Counted from the first letter of the whole stretch, positions 11,473 to 24,070 are shown. The stretch: 63,926 nt of DNA, filler included, from Lama guanicoe (GCA_013239625.1; 156 parts of 156 records of this genome joined end to end with filler, not necessarily neighbours in it); one strand, 5' to 3'. Notes: generated by a model not told the origin, from the letters alone. Program-made: numbers and translations.

Positions 11473-11740
11473 TACCTGGAGATAGCATTTCTGACCAACT
11501 GGCTATAAATCAGACCTTTCCAAAACCCCCTCCAGGTCAATTAACTTGCTAGAGTAGCTCACAGAACACAGAGAAACCTTACTTACAAGCTCGCTGGTGT
11601 ATTATAAAAGGATGTAACTCAGTAATAGCCAGATGGAAGAGATGCACAGGGCAACGCATGGGGAAACGACAAGACGCTTCAATGGAGGGCACCACTCTCC
11701 CTGAATCTCCACCTGTCCACCAACCTGGACGCTCTTTGAA
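11473..11740 (-). mobile_element. MER21-like ERV LTR fragment
   Basis: TCTGACCAACTGGCTATAAATCAG...TTGCTAGAGTAGCTCACAGAAC...AGATGGAAGAGATGCACAGGGCAA matches recalled antisense MER21. Confidence 0.75.
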
Positions 11741-12292
11741 ATCTTAACTGAAGTCCATTCTTTCTCTCTTCTCCATTTTTTTNNNNNNNNNNNNNNNNNN
11801 NNNNNNNNNNNNNNNNNNNNNNNNNNTTAATTAATTAANNNNNNNNNNNNNNNNNNNNNNNNNNNNNNNNNNNNNNNNNNNNCAATCCTGCTCTGAGTTG
11901 TACAAGCAAGAGACTAGCCTCCAGTTACACATTTGTGCATGAACAATGTGCCCTGGGAACTTCCATTAACAGGTTGTGAAATATTTCAGCAATAACAACT
12001 GAACTGTCATTGATCAGAGTTAGCGAAGCCTCCCCGGAGCTACGTGCCTTCCCTGGGAAAGAGGGTGGGCTGAAAACACGCTTTCCTGGAGAAGAGCTCT
12101 TAGGTTCCTGTTTCCACTGTTCTTCCCCCAGTTCCTCTCTGTGGAGCAATCCAAGCTTTCCAAGGTTCCTGGCTCTGAGCATCACAGCTGGCNNNNNNNN
12201 NNNNNNNNNNNNNNNNNNNNNNNNNNNNNNNNNNNNTTAATTAATTAANNNNNNNNNNNNNNNNNNNNNNNNNNNNNNNNNNNNNNNNNNNN

Positions 12293-12600
12293 ACACAGAA
12301 TGTAGAATATAGAATATGGAATACAGAATATAGAATGTAGAATATAAAATGTAGAACACAGAATATAGAAAATAGCATACAGAATACAGAACCCAAAATT
12401 TAGATCATGGAATGCAGAACAAAGAATATAGGATATAGAATACAGAATACAGAACACAGCATTTAGAATATCGAATGCAGAAAACAGAATTTAGAACATA
12501 AAATACAGAATACAAAATATAGAATTTAGAATATAGAATGTACAAAACAGAATATAGAATATAGAATACAGAATACAAAATATATTATGTAGAATATAGA
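12293..12600 (+). repeat. Heptamer satellite (AGAATAY)n, same family as 3277-3584
   Basis: Heptamer array sharing the variant block ACAGAACCCAAAATTTAGATCATGGAATGCAGAAC with 3277-3584. Confidence 0.92.
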
Positions 12601-13223
12601 NNNNNNNNNNNNNNNNNNNNNNNNNNNNNNNNNNNNNNNNNNNNTTAATTAATTAANNNNNNNNNNNNNNNNNNNNNNNNNNNNNNNNNNNNNNNNNNNN
12701 CCCTGCATCCAACTAGGTTGAACTGTAGCCACCTCACTACAGTCTACACACTCATTACTGTGGCAAAATAAAAGTTACGTAACCCTAATGATAAAGCTTG
12801 TAATGGAAAAGCCGTAATAAAGGGATTATTTTAAAGACGCGAAGGAACATCTGGTATGAAAGAGAACGCTTCAGGAATTGCTGAATCAAACTGATCCAGA
12901 TGAATCAGAAAATCTGAATCAAATCAAAAACGCACTGAGAAGAGTCAGTAATATACTATAAATATGAAAAGGAAAGAAAGATTGTTTTTAGATGACAAGA
13001 CAATTGCAAANNNNNNNNNNNNNNNNNNNNNNNNNNNNNNNNNNNNNNNNNNNNTTAATTAATTAANNNNNNNNNNNNNNNNNNNNNNNNNNNNNNNNNN
13101 NNNNNNNNNNATATATATATATGTACATATACACACATATATATGATACTTAATTTGTTTATCTTAACATGAGCCCTCCATCAGAGCATACTGCAAAATG
13201 GGAAGATAAGAAAAGATAAGGCA

Positions 13224-13418
13224 GAACCCTCCTACACTGTTGGTGGGAATGTAATTTGGTGCAGTCACCATGGAGGACAGAATGGAGGTACCTTAAACTT
13301 AAAGTAGACTTTTCATATGATCCACTCCTGGGCATGTATCTGGAGAAAACTATAATTCAAAAAGATACGTGCACCCCAATGTTCACAGAAGCACTATTTA
13401 CAATAGCCAAGACATGGA
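13224..13418 (+). mobile_element. LINE-1 ORF2 C-terminal fragment
   Basis: Translation VQSPWRTEWRYLK...YDPLLGMYLEKTIIQKDTCTPMFTEALFTIAKTW. Confidence 0.95.
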
Positions 13419-13928
13419 NNNNNNNNNNNNNNNNNNNNNNNNNNNNNNNNNNNNNNNNNNNNTTAATTAATTAANNNNNNNNNNNNNNNNNNNNNNNNNN
13501 NNNNNNNNNNNNNNNNNNCTAACTCTCTGCTCTTTTGGTATACTAGCCAAACAAACTACCCTGTCCAAATTCAAGGTTTTACTATTGAGTAAGTGCAGAT
13601 AATTAGGGGCTCTAAAATCTCAGCAGGGTCACCATATGGTTAGAAAATACAGGAAGCTAGGGATGCTGCCTGTAAGGTCCTTTTTTAAACTGTCATACTT
13701 GGGATGGGCATGCACAGTGACAAGTGGACAATTCTTTTGATTTGCAAAGATTTTTAGAAGGGCTTTATCCCAGTAAATCAGTTAATTATATTTATGGGAT
13801 GAACACCATTCTAATCATTCTAAGAGGANNNNNNNNNNNNNNNNNNNNNNNNNNNNNNNNNNNNNNNNNNNNTTAATTAATTAANNNNNNNNNNNNNNNN
13901 NNNNNNNNNNNNNNNNNNNNNNNNNNNN

Positions 13929-14220
13929 AATTGGTGCAGCCACTATGGAAAACAATATGGAGGTTTCTCAAAAAACTGAAAATAGAACCACCATATGGCC
14001 CAGCAACTCCACTCCTGGGCATATATCCAAGAAAGACAAAAACATTAACTCAAAAAGATACATACACTCTGCTATTAACAACAGCATTATTTATAATTAC
14101 CAGGATATGGAAGCATCCTAAGTGCACATCAGTAGATGATTGAGTAAAGAAGATGTAGCACATATACACAATGGAATATAACTCACCCACGAAAAAGAAG
14201 GATATTTTGCCATCTGCGGC
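13929..14220 (+). mobile_element. LINE-1 ORF2 C-terminal fragment
   Basis: Translation [32 protein letters not shown]...ALFIITRIWKHPKC. Confidence 0.95.
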
Positions 14221-14407
14221 CTTCATTCACTTTTTTTTNNNNNNNNNNNNNNNNNNNNNNNNNNNNNNNNNNNNNNNNNNNNTTAATTAATTAANNNNNN
14301 NNNNNNNNNNNNNNNNNNNNNNNNNNNNNNNNNNNNNNTTAGTGTTCACAGGCTCCTTCACTCATGGCACTTTTGGGAGCATGTCGTATCCTTAGAGCTA
14401 GCACTGC

Positions 14408-14648
14408 TGTCTTTGGCGACCTGAGCAGCAGTATCTGAACTCAATCCTTCTGTATTTCCAGTGTCCCCTCTAGCCCTCCTCCAGCCCTCCATGGGGGACC
14501 TGCAGTTCTGCCCTCTAAAAGCCTACTGTTTCTCAGGAAGACTTCCCTATGAAATATGATCTTGTCCCTCTTGTGGGGACATTCAGTCCAGAGATCTGGC
14601 GGCAGGGGAAAATGTTTAGTCTGCTTTTTGTAGAGCCTAAACTGTTCC
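14408..14648 (+). repeat. Unrecognised interspersed/low-copy repeat, homologous to 37743-37983
   Basis: 241-bp gap-free alignment with 31 mismatches by hand count (~87% identity). Confidence 0.9.
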
Positions 14649-17600
14649 NNNNNNNNNNNNNNNNNNNNNNNNNNNNNNNNNNNNNNNNNNNNTTAATTAA
14701 TTAANNNNNNNNNNNNNNNNNNNNNNNNNNNNNNNNNNNNNNNNNNNNAGATCATTCCTGGCAAGTCATCCCTCAAAGCTGGCTGGAGGTTTGAAATGTT
14801 TAATCTGTAAACCTCGCCTTCCCAGGGAAGCACAGGCCAGCACACTCATGCCCACGCATTCCTGTCAGGTCGGCTGCACGGTGCCGTTTGAGCACAGAAA
14901 CCGGCAATTAAGCAGAAGAATGGCATTGCACAGAACAAGTTTCTGCGTCCTAATCTGATAACTGCCGACATAAATTACCTCCTGGAGGTAAGAGAAACGC
15001 CGCACGACATAACATTCACGTTTCATATTTTGAGAAATAAAAGGAAACAAAGAACATGNNNNNNNNNNNNNNNNNNNNNNNNNNNNNNNNNNNNNNNNNN
15101 NNTTAATTAATTAANNNNNNNNNNNNNNNNNNNNNNNNNNNNNNNNNNNNNNNNNNNNACAGTCTCGGGCTCTGTATCCAATAATCAGATCAAGATAAAC
15201 ATACATGTCAGAACACAGAGGCCCCTCCACCGATGCGGTGGGGAGAGACACCGGGGACACTGGGGAAAGGATGCTGTACGTTTTCCCTCATGAAGCACAG
15301 AGCCATTTGAAAACATTCACCTTGGCAGTAACAGAGGGAATGAAATTGAATATTTTAATGGGATATTATTGGGGAGAATACTGAAGACATGGAATCAGGA
15401 GGCATATCTGTAAAACTCATGTTTCTAGTATGGATCCATTTATTCAAGTGAAATCTTAAAAAGAACCTNNNNNNNNNNNNNNNNNNNNNNNNNNNNNNNN
15501 NNNNNNNNNNNNTTAATTAATTAANNNNNNNNNNNNNNNNNNNNNNNNNNNNNNNNNNNNNNNNNNNNTGGGAGAAAATGTTAAATTTAGAAAAATGTCT
15601 AATTATTCATTTGAATAAAGCTATCAAGATGTTTTTTCACACAATTGTAATATAAAATAATTTCAAACCTTAGGTTTTTTTCTGATTCAAAAACATTATA
15701 CACCTAAAAATTGTGAGAAAGAGTAAAAGCTTATGAAGAAAAGTAAGAGAAAATCATTTAGCATCCAACAATATGTTTTGGTGATGTTTCTCAAATTATT
15801 ATTACATTTACTGGAATAATTTTCAATATACAGGTTTGTAACCTATTCTATCATCTAAACATTATTTTAGGACTTTTTNNNNNNNNNNNNNNNNNNNNNN
15901 NNNNNNNNNNNNNNNNNNNNNNTTAATTAATTAANNNNNNNNNNNNNNNNNNNNNNNNNNNNNNNNNNNNNNNNNNNNAAAAAAAAAGTAAATAAATGAA
16001 GTGGCCCGAGTTTGATGCTTAAGTGATTAAGATATTAAGCAGTTCTGGCAGCGTTAAAATAGTATCAGGCTTTTCCTCATTCATGGATTTAACAGTACCT
16101 TATGCTCTTTCAAATATTTGATCCTATAATTACTGGTTACTATTAATAGGTAACATTTATTTGCTTCATTCTGCGTGTTCGCAGATGGTATTGTGACCTT
16201 GCTTGAACTTTATAGATTAACAAGCTTTAGAACTTGGGAAATTAAAACCATGTTTTGCACTCGGTTGATTATATAAAAGCTTTTTATANNNNNNNNNNNN
16301 NNNNNNNNNNNNNNNNNNNNNNNNNNNNNNNNTTAATTAATTAANNNNNNNNNNNNNNNNNNNNNNNNNNNNNNNNNNNNNNNNNNNNCTTTGATGCAAA
16401 ATGGCCAGAAAACCAAGTCATATTTCTGTATTTTTTTTACTGAGCATATCAGCATGGAAATAAGCAAAACTTTATTTTTTAAAAGCCATGATAGCCTTCT
16501 ATGTGGAACCCTGAGAACATCAGCTGCTCATTCTCTTTTCCCTTCTTAACGTTGCAAGGTCTTGAACTCCTGTGTTTCGTTCTATCAGTGCAGCATATGG
16601 AGCTCTAAGTGTGATCAGTTGCCACTGGATCAATCATAACAATAAACAGGCTAGAAATATCACTGATTATCTCATCCAGCCAGTAAATCCTACAACCANN
16701 NNNNNNNNNNNNNNNNNNNNNNNNNNNNNNNNNNNNNNNNNNTTAATTAATTAANNNNNNNNNNNNNNNNNNNNNNNNNNNNNNNNNNNNNNNNNNNNGA
16801 GTGGGATTCCTGGGTACTTTGCTGTCTTTTTCTATGTTCTATGTATATTATGCTTTCCTGCAATTTTTCCCTCCCAGTGTTAATCATATCTCCCCTCACC
16901 CCTTAATTTATCTGAAAGGTATGAACCTTATGTTTATTCCGCCAATGGTTAAATTATGTATTCCAATCTAAAAGTTTGTAATAAAGTCATATGCAACAAG
17001 AAAAAAAATTCATTGAGACAAAAATTTTGGAATTTCTCTCTTTTGACACACAAATCTTACAGAAAATGTTAACTGGAAGGGATGATTGTGTGGATGGAGA
17101 CAGAGCTGNNNNNNNNNNNNNNNNNNNNNNNNNNNNNNNNNNNNNNNNNNNNTTAATTAATTAANNNNNNNNNNNNNNNNNNNNNNNNNNNNNNNNNNNN
17201 NNNNNNNNGTCACCTTTTCACCTGAAACCTGCAGTTAAACTGAAGAGACTCCATATAATAGATAATTCTTCAAAAAATGGAGGTCGTCAGCTGGCATTGC
17301 AGCTCTACGTGTCCACTCTCTAGCCCTGGTCCCCCAACTCCTGCTCCTGGGAGCAGGTTGGGAACTGAGTCAGGGGAGACCGCTGTCCCCTATCACCCCA
17401 GTCATGGGCTCTGTGACTTCCCAGTGGACTCACTGCTAGAGGAGGAGGGACAGATCATCTCCTCTGAGAAGACAAGCAGGGATTTCACAGAGGAAGGGAG
17501 ACCTGTTCCAAGATGGGGNNNNNNNNNNNNNNNNNNNNNNNNNNNNNNNNNNNNNNNNNNNNTTAATTAATTAANNNNNNNNNNNNNNNNNNNNNNNNNN

Positions 17601-17779
17601 NNNNNNNNNNNNNNNNNNGACTGGCTCTAATTACTCATAGTATTTGAAATTATTTACCTGGCATTTCAAAAAGACTTCTCACGATTTCAGCTTTTTAGTA
17701 CCTGAGGCTTGTTTGCCACATTTTTTGAATCAGGGAGGCTGAACCCCATATTTCTTTCCATTGAGGAGTCAGGCAAGTG

Positions 17780-17928
17780 ACCAGAACACAGAGCCTGGAG
17801 CCAGATGACCTGTGGGCAACTCTTGGTTTGCCACCTACATTATCTGTGACCTCTTAGCCAACTGATTGATTTAATACCGCTATACTTCAATCTTCTCACT
17901 GTAAAGTTCTGTAACAATACCTAACCTA
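17780..17928 (+). mobile_element. MIR SINE fragment
   Basis: AGAACACAGAGCCTGGAGCCAGA..ACCTG...TGCCACCTAC...TGTGACCT...CTTCTCACTGTAAA...AACAATACCTA. Confidence 0.7.
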
Positions 17929-18028
17929 NNNNNNNNNNNNNNNNNNNNNNNNNNNNNNNNNNNNNNNNNNNNTTAATTAATTAANNNNNNNNNNNNNNNN
18001 NNNNNNNNNNNNNNNNNNNNNNNNNNNN

Positions 18029-18117
18029 GGTTCAATCCCCAGTACCTCCATTAAAATAAATAAATAAACAAACCTAAATACCTCCCTCCACAAACAAAGA
18101 AACAAACAAAGCAAAAC
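18029..18117 (+). mobile_element. vic-1-type SINE, 3' half
   Basis: GGTTCAATCCCCAGTACCTCCATTAAAATAAATAAATAAACAAACCTAAATACCTCCC plus A-rich tail. Confidence 0.85.
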
Positions 18118-18119
18118 AG

Positions 18120-18338
18120 AAGACGTCAAAAGCACAAACTATAAAGGAAAATAATGACAACTTCAACTACATTAAAAATAAAAATGTTTGCTCATTACAA
18201 GACAATTTATGAGAGTAAAAAAAGTAACAAACTGGGAGAAGACATTTGTAACACACATCGTTGAGAAAGAATTCATATAAAAAAATATACAAAGTAAAGA
18301 AACAAGTAAATACAAAGAAGATGAAGGACCCAGTGGGG
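18120..18338 (+). mobile_element. Old LINE-1 ORF2 fragment
   Basis: AAAGCACAAACTATAAAGG...CTACATTAAAATAAAAATGTTTGCTCA...AAACTGGGAGAAGACATTTGTAAC. Confidence 0.75.
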
Positions 18339-18444
18339 NNNNNNNNNNNNNNNNNNNNNNNNNNNNNNNNNNNNNNNNNNNNTTAATTAATTAANNNNNN
18401 NNNNNNNNNNNNNNNNNNNNNNNNNNNNNNNNNNNNNNTTAGGA

Positions 18445-18700
18445 CAATTATTTAGACTAGAAGGGTCTCAGGATCAGAAGGTAGTAGTGTATCAATGTAA
18501 TTTCTCTCATTTTGATGGTCGGTTGTGATTATGTAGGAGAATGTCCTTGTTTGTAGAAAATACACACTAAGCTACTCAGGATTGATGAGGTATCATGTTG
18601 TCAACTACTGCGGAATGGCTCAGAAACAGTTCTTAGTACTATTGCAGCTTAGTACTATTGCAGCTAAAAATTAAACTTTAATTTTTCACAATAAAGTGTA
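18445..18700 (+). mobile_element. Old L1MC 3'UTR fragment
   Basis: GTATCAATGTAATTTC...TTTTGATGGT...TATGTAGGAGAATGTCCTTGTTTGTAGAAAATACACACTAAG. Confidence 0.7.
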
Positions 18701-18848
18701 AAAAAAGCTGATGTGAAAGGAGCAGTTTAACCAAAAAGGATTATAAGCNNNNNNNNNNNNNNNNNNNNNNNNNNNNNNNNNNNNNNNNNNNNTTAATTAA
18801 TTAANNNNNNNNNNNNNNNNNNNNNNNNNNNNNNNNNNNNNNNNNNNN

Positions 18849-19158
18849 TATTGAGACAGGAAGCGGGCAGGACACAGCCATTCAAGGAACAACACAACAC
18901 TTAACACCAGCATGGTGAAAGATTCAGCCCCCAGTAGGCCTTGAGGCTCTAGATGGTGGGAGATTTGACTTCCTTGAGCTGTATAATATGCTCAATGTAA
19001 CGTATTCACATGGTGAATAATGTGCCCACAGGCGCTATGACAGTCCCAAGGCTAGCCCCAAAGGTCAAAGAGTGGGAAATGGCAAACTTCCTGGGAATCC
19101 CAGTCCCTTCCCAGGCTACCCAGACAGGTCCCTATTAGCATATGAAGCCACTGAGCCC
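18849..19158 (+). mobile_element. ERV1 LTR, MER41-like (5' part)
   Basis: TGAGACAGGAAG...GGCGCTATGACAGTCCCAAGGCT...AAAGGTCAAAGAGTGGG...TTCCTGGGAA...TAGCATATGAA; overlaps in homology with 34438-34600. Confidence 0.75.
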
Positions 19159-19699
19159 NNNNNNNNNNNNNNNNNNNNNNNNNNNNNNNNNNNNNNNNNN
19201 NNTTAATTAATTAANNNNNNNNNNNNNNNNNNNNNNNNNNNNNNNNNNNNNNNNNNNNGTGCTTCTAACCTTGGACAGGGGCTTACATCAAACAATGCTA
19301 TTCAGTAAAATGTTTTGATCTGAGAGGGCTCTCTCTCTCAATATTATTTTGAATGAATTGATACTAGTATCATATATACTAGTTCAGAAACATGATGTGA
19401 CAATTAATTTGTTTTACTGGAACTGAGGGAGTGGTTATACCTCCATTCTTCCCAGAGAAATAATCCTATCTTCCTTTATAAAGTATAGGTTGTTGGGATT
19501 TTAGTTTGTCTGTTTTCAGGTTGTAAAAGCAACGCAGGAATGCTGCAGGCCAGGCAGAAATACGGTATNNNNNNNNNNNNNNNNNNNNNNNNNNNNNNNN
19601 NNNNNNNNNNNNTTAATTAATTAANNNNNNNNNNNNNNNNNNNNNNNNNNNNNNNNNNNNNNNNNNNNATTGTTCTAATGTGTGACTTAATAAAAAGCA

Positions 19700-19978
19700 G
19701 TTACTTTCTCACACCATATACAAAAATAAACCTAAAATGGATGAAAGTCTTAAAAGTAAGACCTGAAACCATATAACTTCTAAAAGAAAACATAAGCAGT
19801 ATGCTCTTTAACGTTGATCTTAGTAATAATTTTTGGACATATCTCCTCAGCCAAAGGCAACATAGGCAAAAATTAACACATGAGGGCTACATCAAGCTAA
19901 AAAGCTTTTGTACAGGGAAGGAAACTGTTCACACACACAAAAAAAGGCTGCCCACTGAAAGGAAGAAAATACTTGCAA
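19700..19978 (+). mobile_element. LINE-1 ORF2 fragment
   Basis: CTCACACCATATACAAAAATAAAC.TAAAATGGAT...GTAAGACCTGAAACCAT...; translation YIKLKSFCTGKETV. Confidence 0.93.
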
Positions 19979-20488
19979 NNNNNNNNNNNNNNNNNNNNNN
20001 NNNNNNNNNNNNNNNNNNNNNNTTAATTAATTAANNNNNNNNNNNNNNNNNNNNNNNNNNNNNNNNNNNNNNNNNNNNGGGGAGGGATCCCAGGGGCAAC
20101 AGCACCATTGCCCCTTGTCCATCTTAGTCTGCCTCAGAAGCTGCTCTCAGAAGGCAGCTTGGAGAGCCCTCAGCAGAGGCACAGAGGGTCCCCTCCGGGG
20201 CTGAGCTCGGCTGCACCAGCTGTTGCGCTGCACTGGTCATCACTAGACATCTCTGTGCATTACCATGTATCATCCCAACCATGCCCAGGGTGCGTAAATC
20301 CATCACCTCCATTTCACGGGTGATGAAATGGGGCCACCTATCCAAGGTCGCGCAGTTGTCAGTGGAGTTGAGCCCCGGCCTTCCAGCCNNNNNNNNNNNN
20401 NNNNNNNNNNNNNNNNNNNNNNNNNNNNNNNNTTAATTAATTAANNNNNNNNNNNNNNNNNNNNNNNNNNNNNNNNNNNNNNNNNNNN

Positions 20489-20798
20489 TTAAGTCATCCT
20501 TAATTTCCTTAATCAGTATTTTGTAGTTCTCTGCATATAAATCTTTCACCTCCTGGGGCAAGTTTATTCCCAAGTATTTTATTTTTTGGATGTAATTTTA
20601 AACAGGATTGTTTCTTTACCTTTCTTATATTTCATTGTTAATGTAAAGAAATGCCACTGATTTCTATATGTTACTCTTGTATCCTGCCACTTTGCTGAAT
20701 TCTTTTATTAGCTTTAATAATTTTTGTGTGGGGAGTTTATGGTTTTCTCTATATAGTATCATGTCATCCACATATAGTGACAGTTTTACCACTTCTTT
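20489..20798 (-). mobile_element. LINE-1 ORF2 RT-domain fragment
   Basis: TATCATGTCATCCACATATAGTGACAGTTTTAC is antisense of [11 protein letters not shown] (YADD-type motif); AGAAATGCCACTGATTTCT. Confidence 0.95.
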
Positions 20799-20898
20799 NN
20801 NNNNNNNNNNNNNNNNNNNNNNNNNNNNNNNNNNNNNNNNNNTTAATTAATTAANNNNNNNNNNNNNNNNNNNNNNNNNNNNNNNNNNNNNNNNNNNN

Positions 20899-21208
20899 GT
20901 GTTTTTCAGACCTTTTTTTCTTTTTAATACTTTCCTTGGCATTAAAGACTTTGAATTTTCTTCTGAACCCTGCATTAGTTGGAATTCCACAAATGTTAAT
21001 GTGATTATTTCCTTTATGGTTCAGTTTGAAATACATATATATTAATTTCTATTGTGATCTCTCTGATGCATGTGTTATTTAGAAATGCCTATCTTAATTT
21101 TCAAACATAGATTTTTAAAATTATTTATCTTTTTGTTACTGATTGCTATCTTGAAGATATTGAGGTCAGAGAATATACACGGCATGATTTCAAGCTTTGA
21201 GGTTTTTT
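20899..21208 (-). mobile_element. Old LINE-1 ORF2 fragment (post-endonuclease)
   Basis: Minus-strand YFKLNHKGNN...AGFRRKFKVFNA resembles L1 YFELNENENT...AVLRGKFIALNA. Confidence 0.75.
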
Positions 21209-21318
21209 NNNNNNNNNNNNNNNNNNNNNNNNNNNNNNNNNNNNNNNNNNNNTTAATTAATTAANNNNNNNNNNNNNNNNNNNNNNNNNNNNNNNNNNNN
21301 NNNNNNNNATGAGAAGCT

Positions 21319-21607
21319 AAGAAGGAAGGAAGGAAGGGAGGGAGGAAGGGAGGAAAAGGGGGGGAAGAAAGGAAGGAAGAAAGGAAGGAAGGAAAGGAAG
21401 GAAGGAAGGAAAGAAAGAAAGGAAGGAAGGGAGGGAGGAAAAGGGGGAAGAAAGGAAGGAAGGAAGGAAGAAAAAGAAAGAAAGGAAGGAAGGGAGGGAG
21501 GAAAAGGGGGAAGAAAGAAAGGAAAGAAGGAAGGGAGGGAGGGAGGAAGGGAGGAAAAGAAAAGAAAGAAAAGAAAAGAAAAGAAAAGAAAGGAAGAAAG
21601 AAAGAGG
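21319..21607 (+). repeat. Homopurine (GGAA/GAAA/GGGA)n compound microsatellite
   Basis: 289 nt without a pyrimidine; sub-block GAGGAAAAGGGGG occurs three times. Confidence 0.97.
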
Positions 21608-23974
21608 TCCAGCCAACCNNNNNNNNNNNNNNNNNNNNNNNNNNNNNNNNNNNNNNNNNNNNTTAATTAATTAANNNNNNNNNNNNNNNNNNNNNNNNNN
21701 NNNNNNNNNNNNNNNNNNTTTTTTCCCACTCAACATTCACAAGCACAGCTCACCTAACTGCAGATTTTGCACAAGAAATCTGGTCCCATGGCCTGGTATG
21801 GTGAGCGCCACGTTCCTGGTGGTCCACACACGACTGTCACTTAGCTGACCCCTCTCCCCGGTGTTTAAATGCACAAAGAGAAGTCAAGACCCATCCTTAA
21901 ATATGTTTTCCTAAAATCCCCAGGGTGCCAAGGAACTGGTCCCCAGTGGACAAGTTTGGGGCAGCAGGCAAAGAGTAACTCTTGATGGGACAAGTGACGC
22001 CACGGAAGGTTCTGGTGAGAGATGGAAGNNNNNNNNNNNNNNNNNNNNNNNNNNNNNNNNNNNNNNNNNNNNTTAATTAATTAANNNNNNNNNNNNNNNN
22101 NNNNNNNNNNNNNNNNNNNNNNNNNNNNTGTAACTGCAACAAGAGAGCATTTATTTGTTGCACTTGAATATTTAACCATTTTTATGTATGCCAGACGCAA
22201 TTTCAAAAAATGACTTGAAGCCACTGACAATAACCTCATATATAAACAGAAAAATGGAAAACGTAAGCATCTAGGAGATGTAAAGGTAGAAAAGGAGCCT
22301 GAATTGGGGCAGGAGGAGGGGAGGTCACACAGATAGAGAAGATAAGGCTGGTGGAAATTTTATATTTGAATCTCAAATTTGCTTTGAGCAAGACATGGTC
22401 AGTTTCATTATGCAGTAATGAAGCCAAAAAGTTAAATGNNNNNNNNNNNNNNNNNNNNNNNNNNNNNNNNNNNNNNNNNNNNTTAATTAATTAANNNNNN
22501 NNNNNNNNNNNNNNNNNNNNNNNNNNNNNNNNNNNNNNTAACAGAGGAAGATGGGGTGCGCGTGGCTCTGCGCTGGGGCGTGGGCTGTGATGAAGTTCCC
22601 GGGCTCTGGAAGGAAAGGGGCGTGTCCATGGGCTTCCTAAGGGCAGGTGGGAGGTAACTGGCTTCTGTACTGAGGGCGCTTCGCAGCCACTGCTCTATGA
22701 GGGTTAATATTTAATTAATAAATAACTCCAATTTACGAATAAGGAAGCGGAACCTGAGTGAGACTTCTTCAAGATACAGTAGCCACAATCTGTTGAGCGC
22801 CTGCTATAGGTAAACCTTAAAATATTACTTCTTTGCAAAATTACCCCCNNNNNNNNNNNNNNNNNNNNNNNNNNNNNNNNNNNNNNNNNNNNTTAATTAA
22901 TTAANNNNNNNNNNNNNNNNNNNNNNNNNNNNNNNNNNNNNNNNNNNNAAAGAGACTTCTTGAACTATTTTACTTGGTAATTCTTGCTTTGATTTATAAG
23001 GAATCTTAACACAGGTGTGAATTGTTAAAAAAAAATTAAGATGGAAAGTACACACCTGGGAACTTTCTGGCTCAGCACATTTGCAGCCCTGAGACAGCCA
23101 GGCTTCCTCACTGTGAAAGTCCTCCAAGGATTTGCCTATTCCTGTTCTCCCCGGGCCACATGCAAATATTAATTACCCTTAAATACAGCCCATTTTCTCC
23201 CATCGATAATGAAAAATTTAAAATGCCAGGATAGCGTGAGAGAAACTTGAATCTAAATNNNNNNNNNNNNNNNNNNNNNNNNNNNNNNNNNNNNNNNNNN
23301 NNTTAATTAATTAANNNNNNNNNNNNNNNNNNNNNNNNNNNNNNNNNNNNNNNNNNNNCCCTTCCCTAGCCATCATCCTGGCTTTTAACACCATAGGTAA
23401 CTTTACCAGCTCTTGAACTTTATGTGAACATACTTATTCAACATATGTTCTTCTGGGTCTGGCTTCTTCCACTCGACATCTTAGTGTGAGTCATCTGTGT
23501 GGCCACAGTTCATTCATTTCTGCTGCATCTTGTAGTTCTGTTGACCCTGTACATCAGAGTAGACTTACTGTGGGTTCAGGGGGGCTTGTGATGGTAAGTG
23601 GGTGAAAAGACTTCTTTAAGCAGGGAAGTCCCTCTGGGCACTCATAATATGACACCACGCAGGCAGCTNNNNNNNNNNNNNNNNNNNNNNNNNNNNNNNN
23701 NNNNNNNNNNNNTTAATTAATTAANNNNNNNNNNNNNNNNNNNNNNNNNNNNNNNNNNNNNNNNNNNNCAGTGTGCACAGAAAAGAGAGGAGGTCACTGG
23801 TTTATTCTTCCCATCATTTAGATCTTGGGTTAAATCTCGGAAATCTAGTTGATTCTTTCTCCAACCAGAAATATGATCCCACAAGCAGTGCGACCCCACT
23901 AGGCATGGGAAAGAGGCTCAATCATTTTTACAAAGCATATTGATCAAAGTCCTTATAACTGTTCAAAACTTCTA

Positions 23975-24070
23975 GGGAAGTGTGCATAGCTCAGTGGTAG
24001 AGCCCATTCTTAGCATGTATGAGGTCCTGAATTCAATCTCCAGTATCTCCACTAAAAAATTAAATACATA
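23975..24070 (+). mobile_element. vic-1-type SINE
   Basis: GGGAAGTGTGCATAGCTCAGTGGTAGAGCCCATTCTTAGCATGTATGAGGTCCTGAATTCAATCTCCAGTATCTCCA plus A-rich tail. Confidence 0.88.

Noticed and set aside
14869..14987. Apparent AG...GAG|GTAAGA exon
   Set aside because: All three frames contain stops from the putative acceptor and no peptide was recognised
18632..18665. 16-bp tandem duplication CTTAGTACTATTGCAG x2
   Set aside because: Ordinary slippage duplication inside an old L1 3'UTR
21317..21616. 99-aa F/L/S/P-rich ORF
   Set aside because: Translation of the (TTCC/TTTC)n microsatellite strand
23975..24052. tRNA-Ala-like cloverleaf (also at 1695-1772, 44074-44150, 62830-62902)
   Set aside because: Mutated stems plus AT-rich tail and poly(A) mark them as SINE heads, not functional tRNA genes
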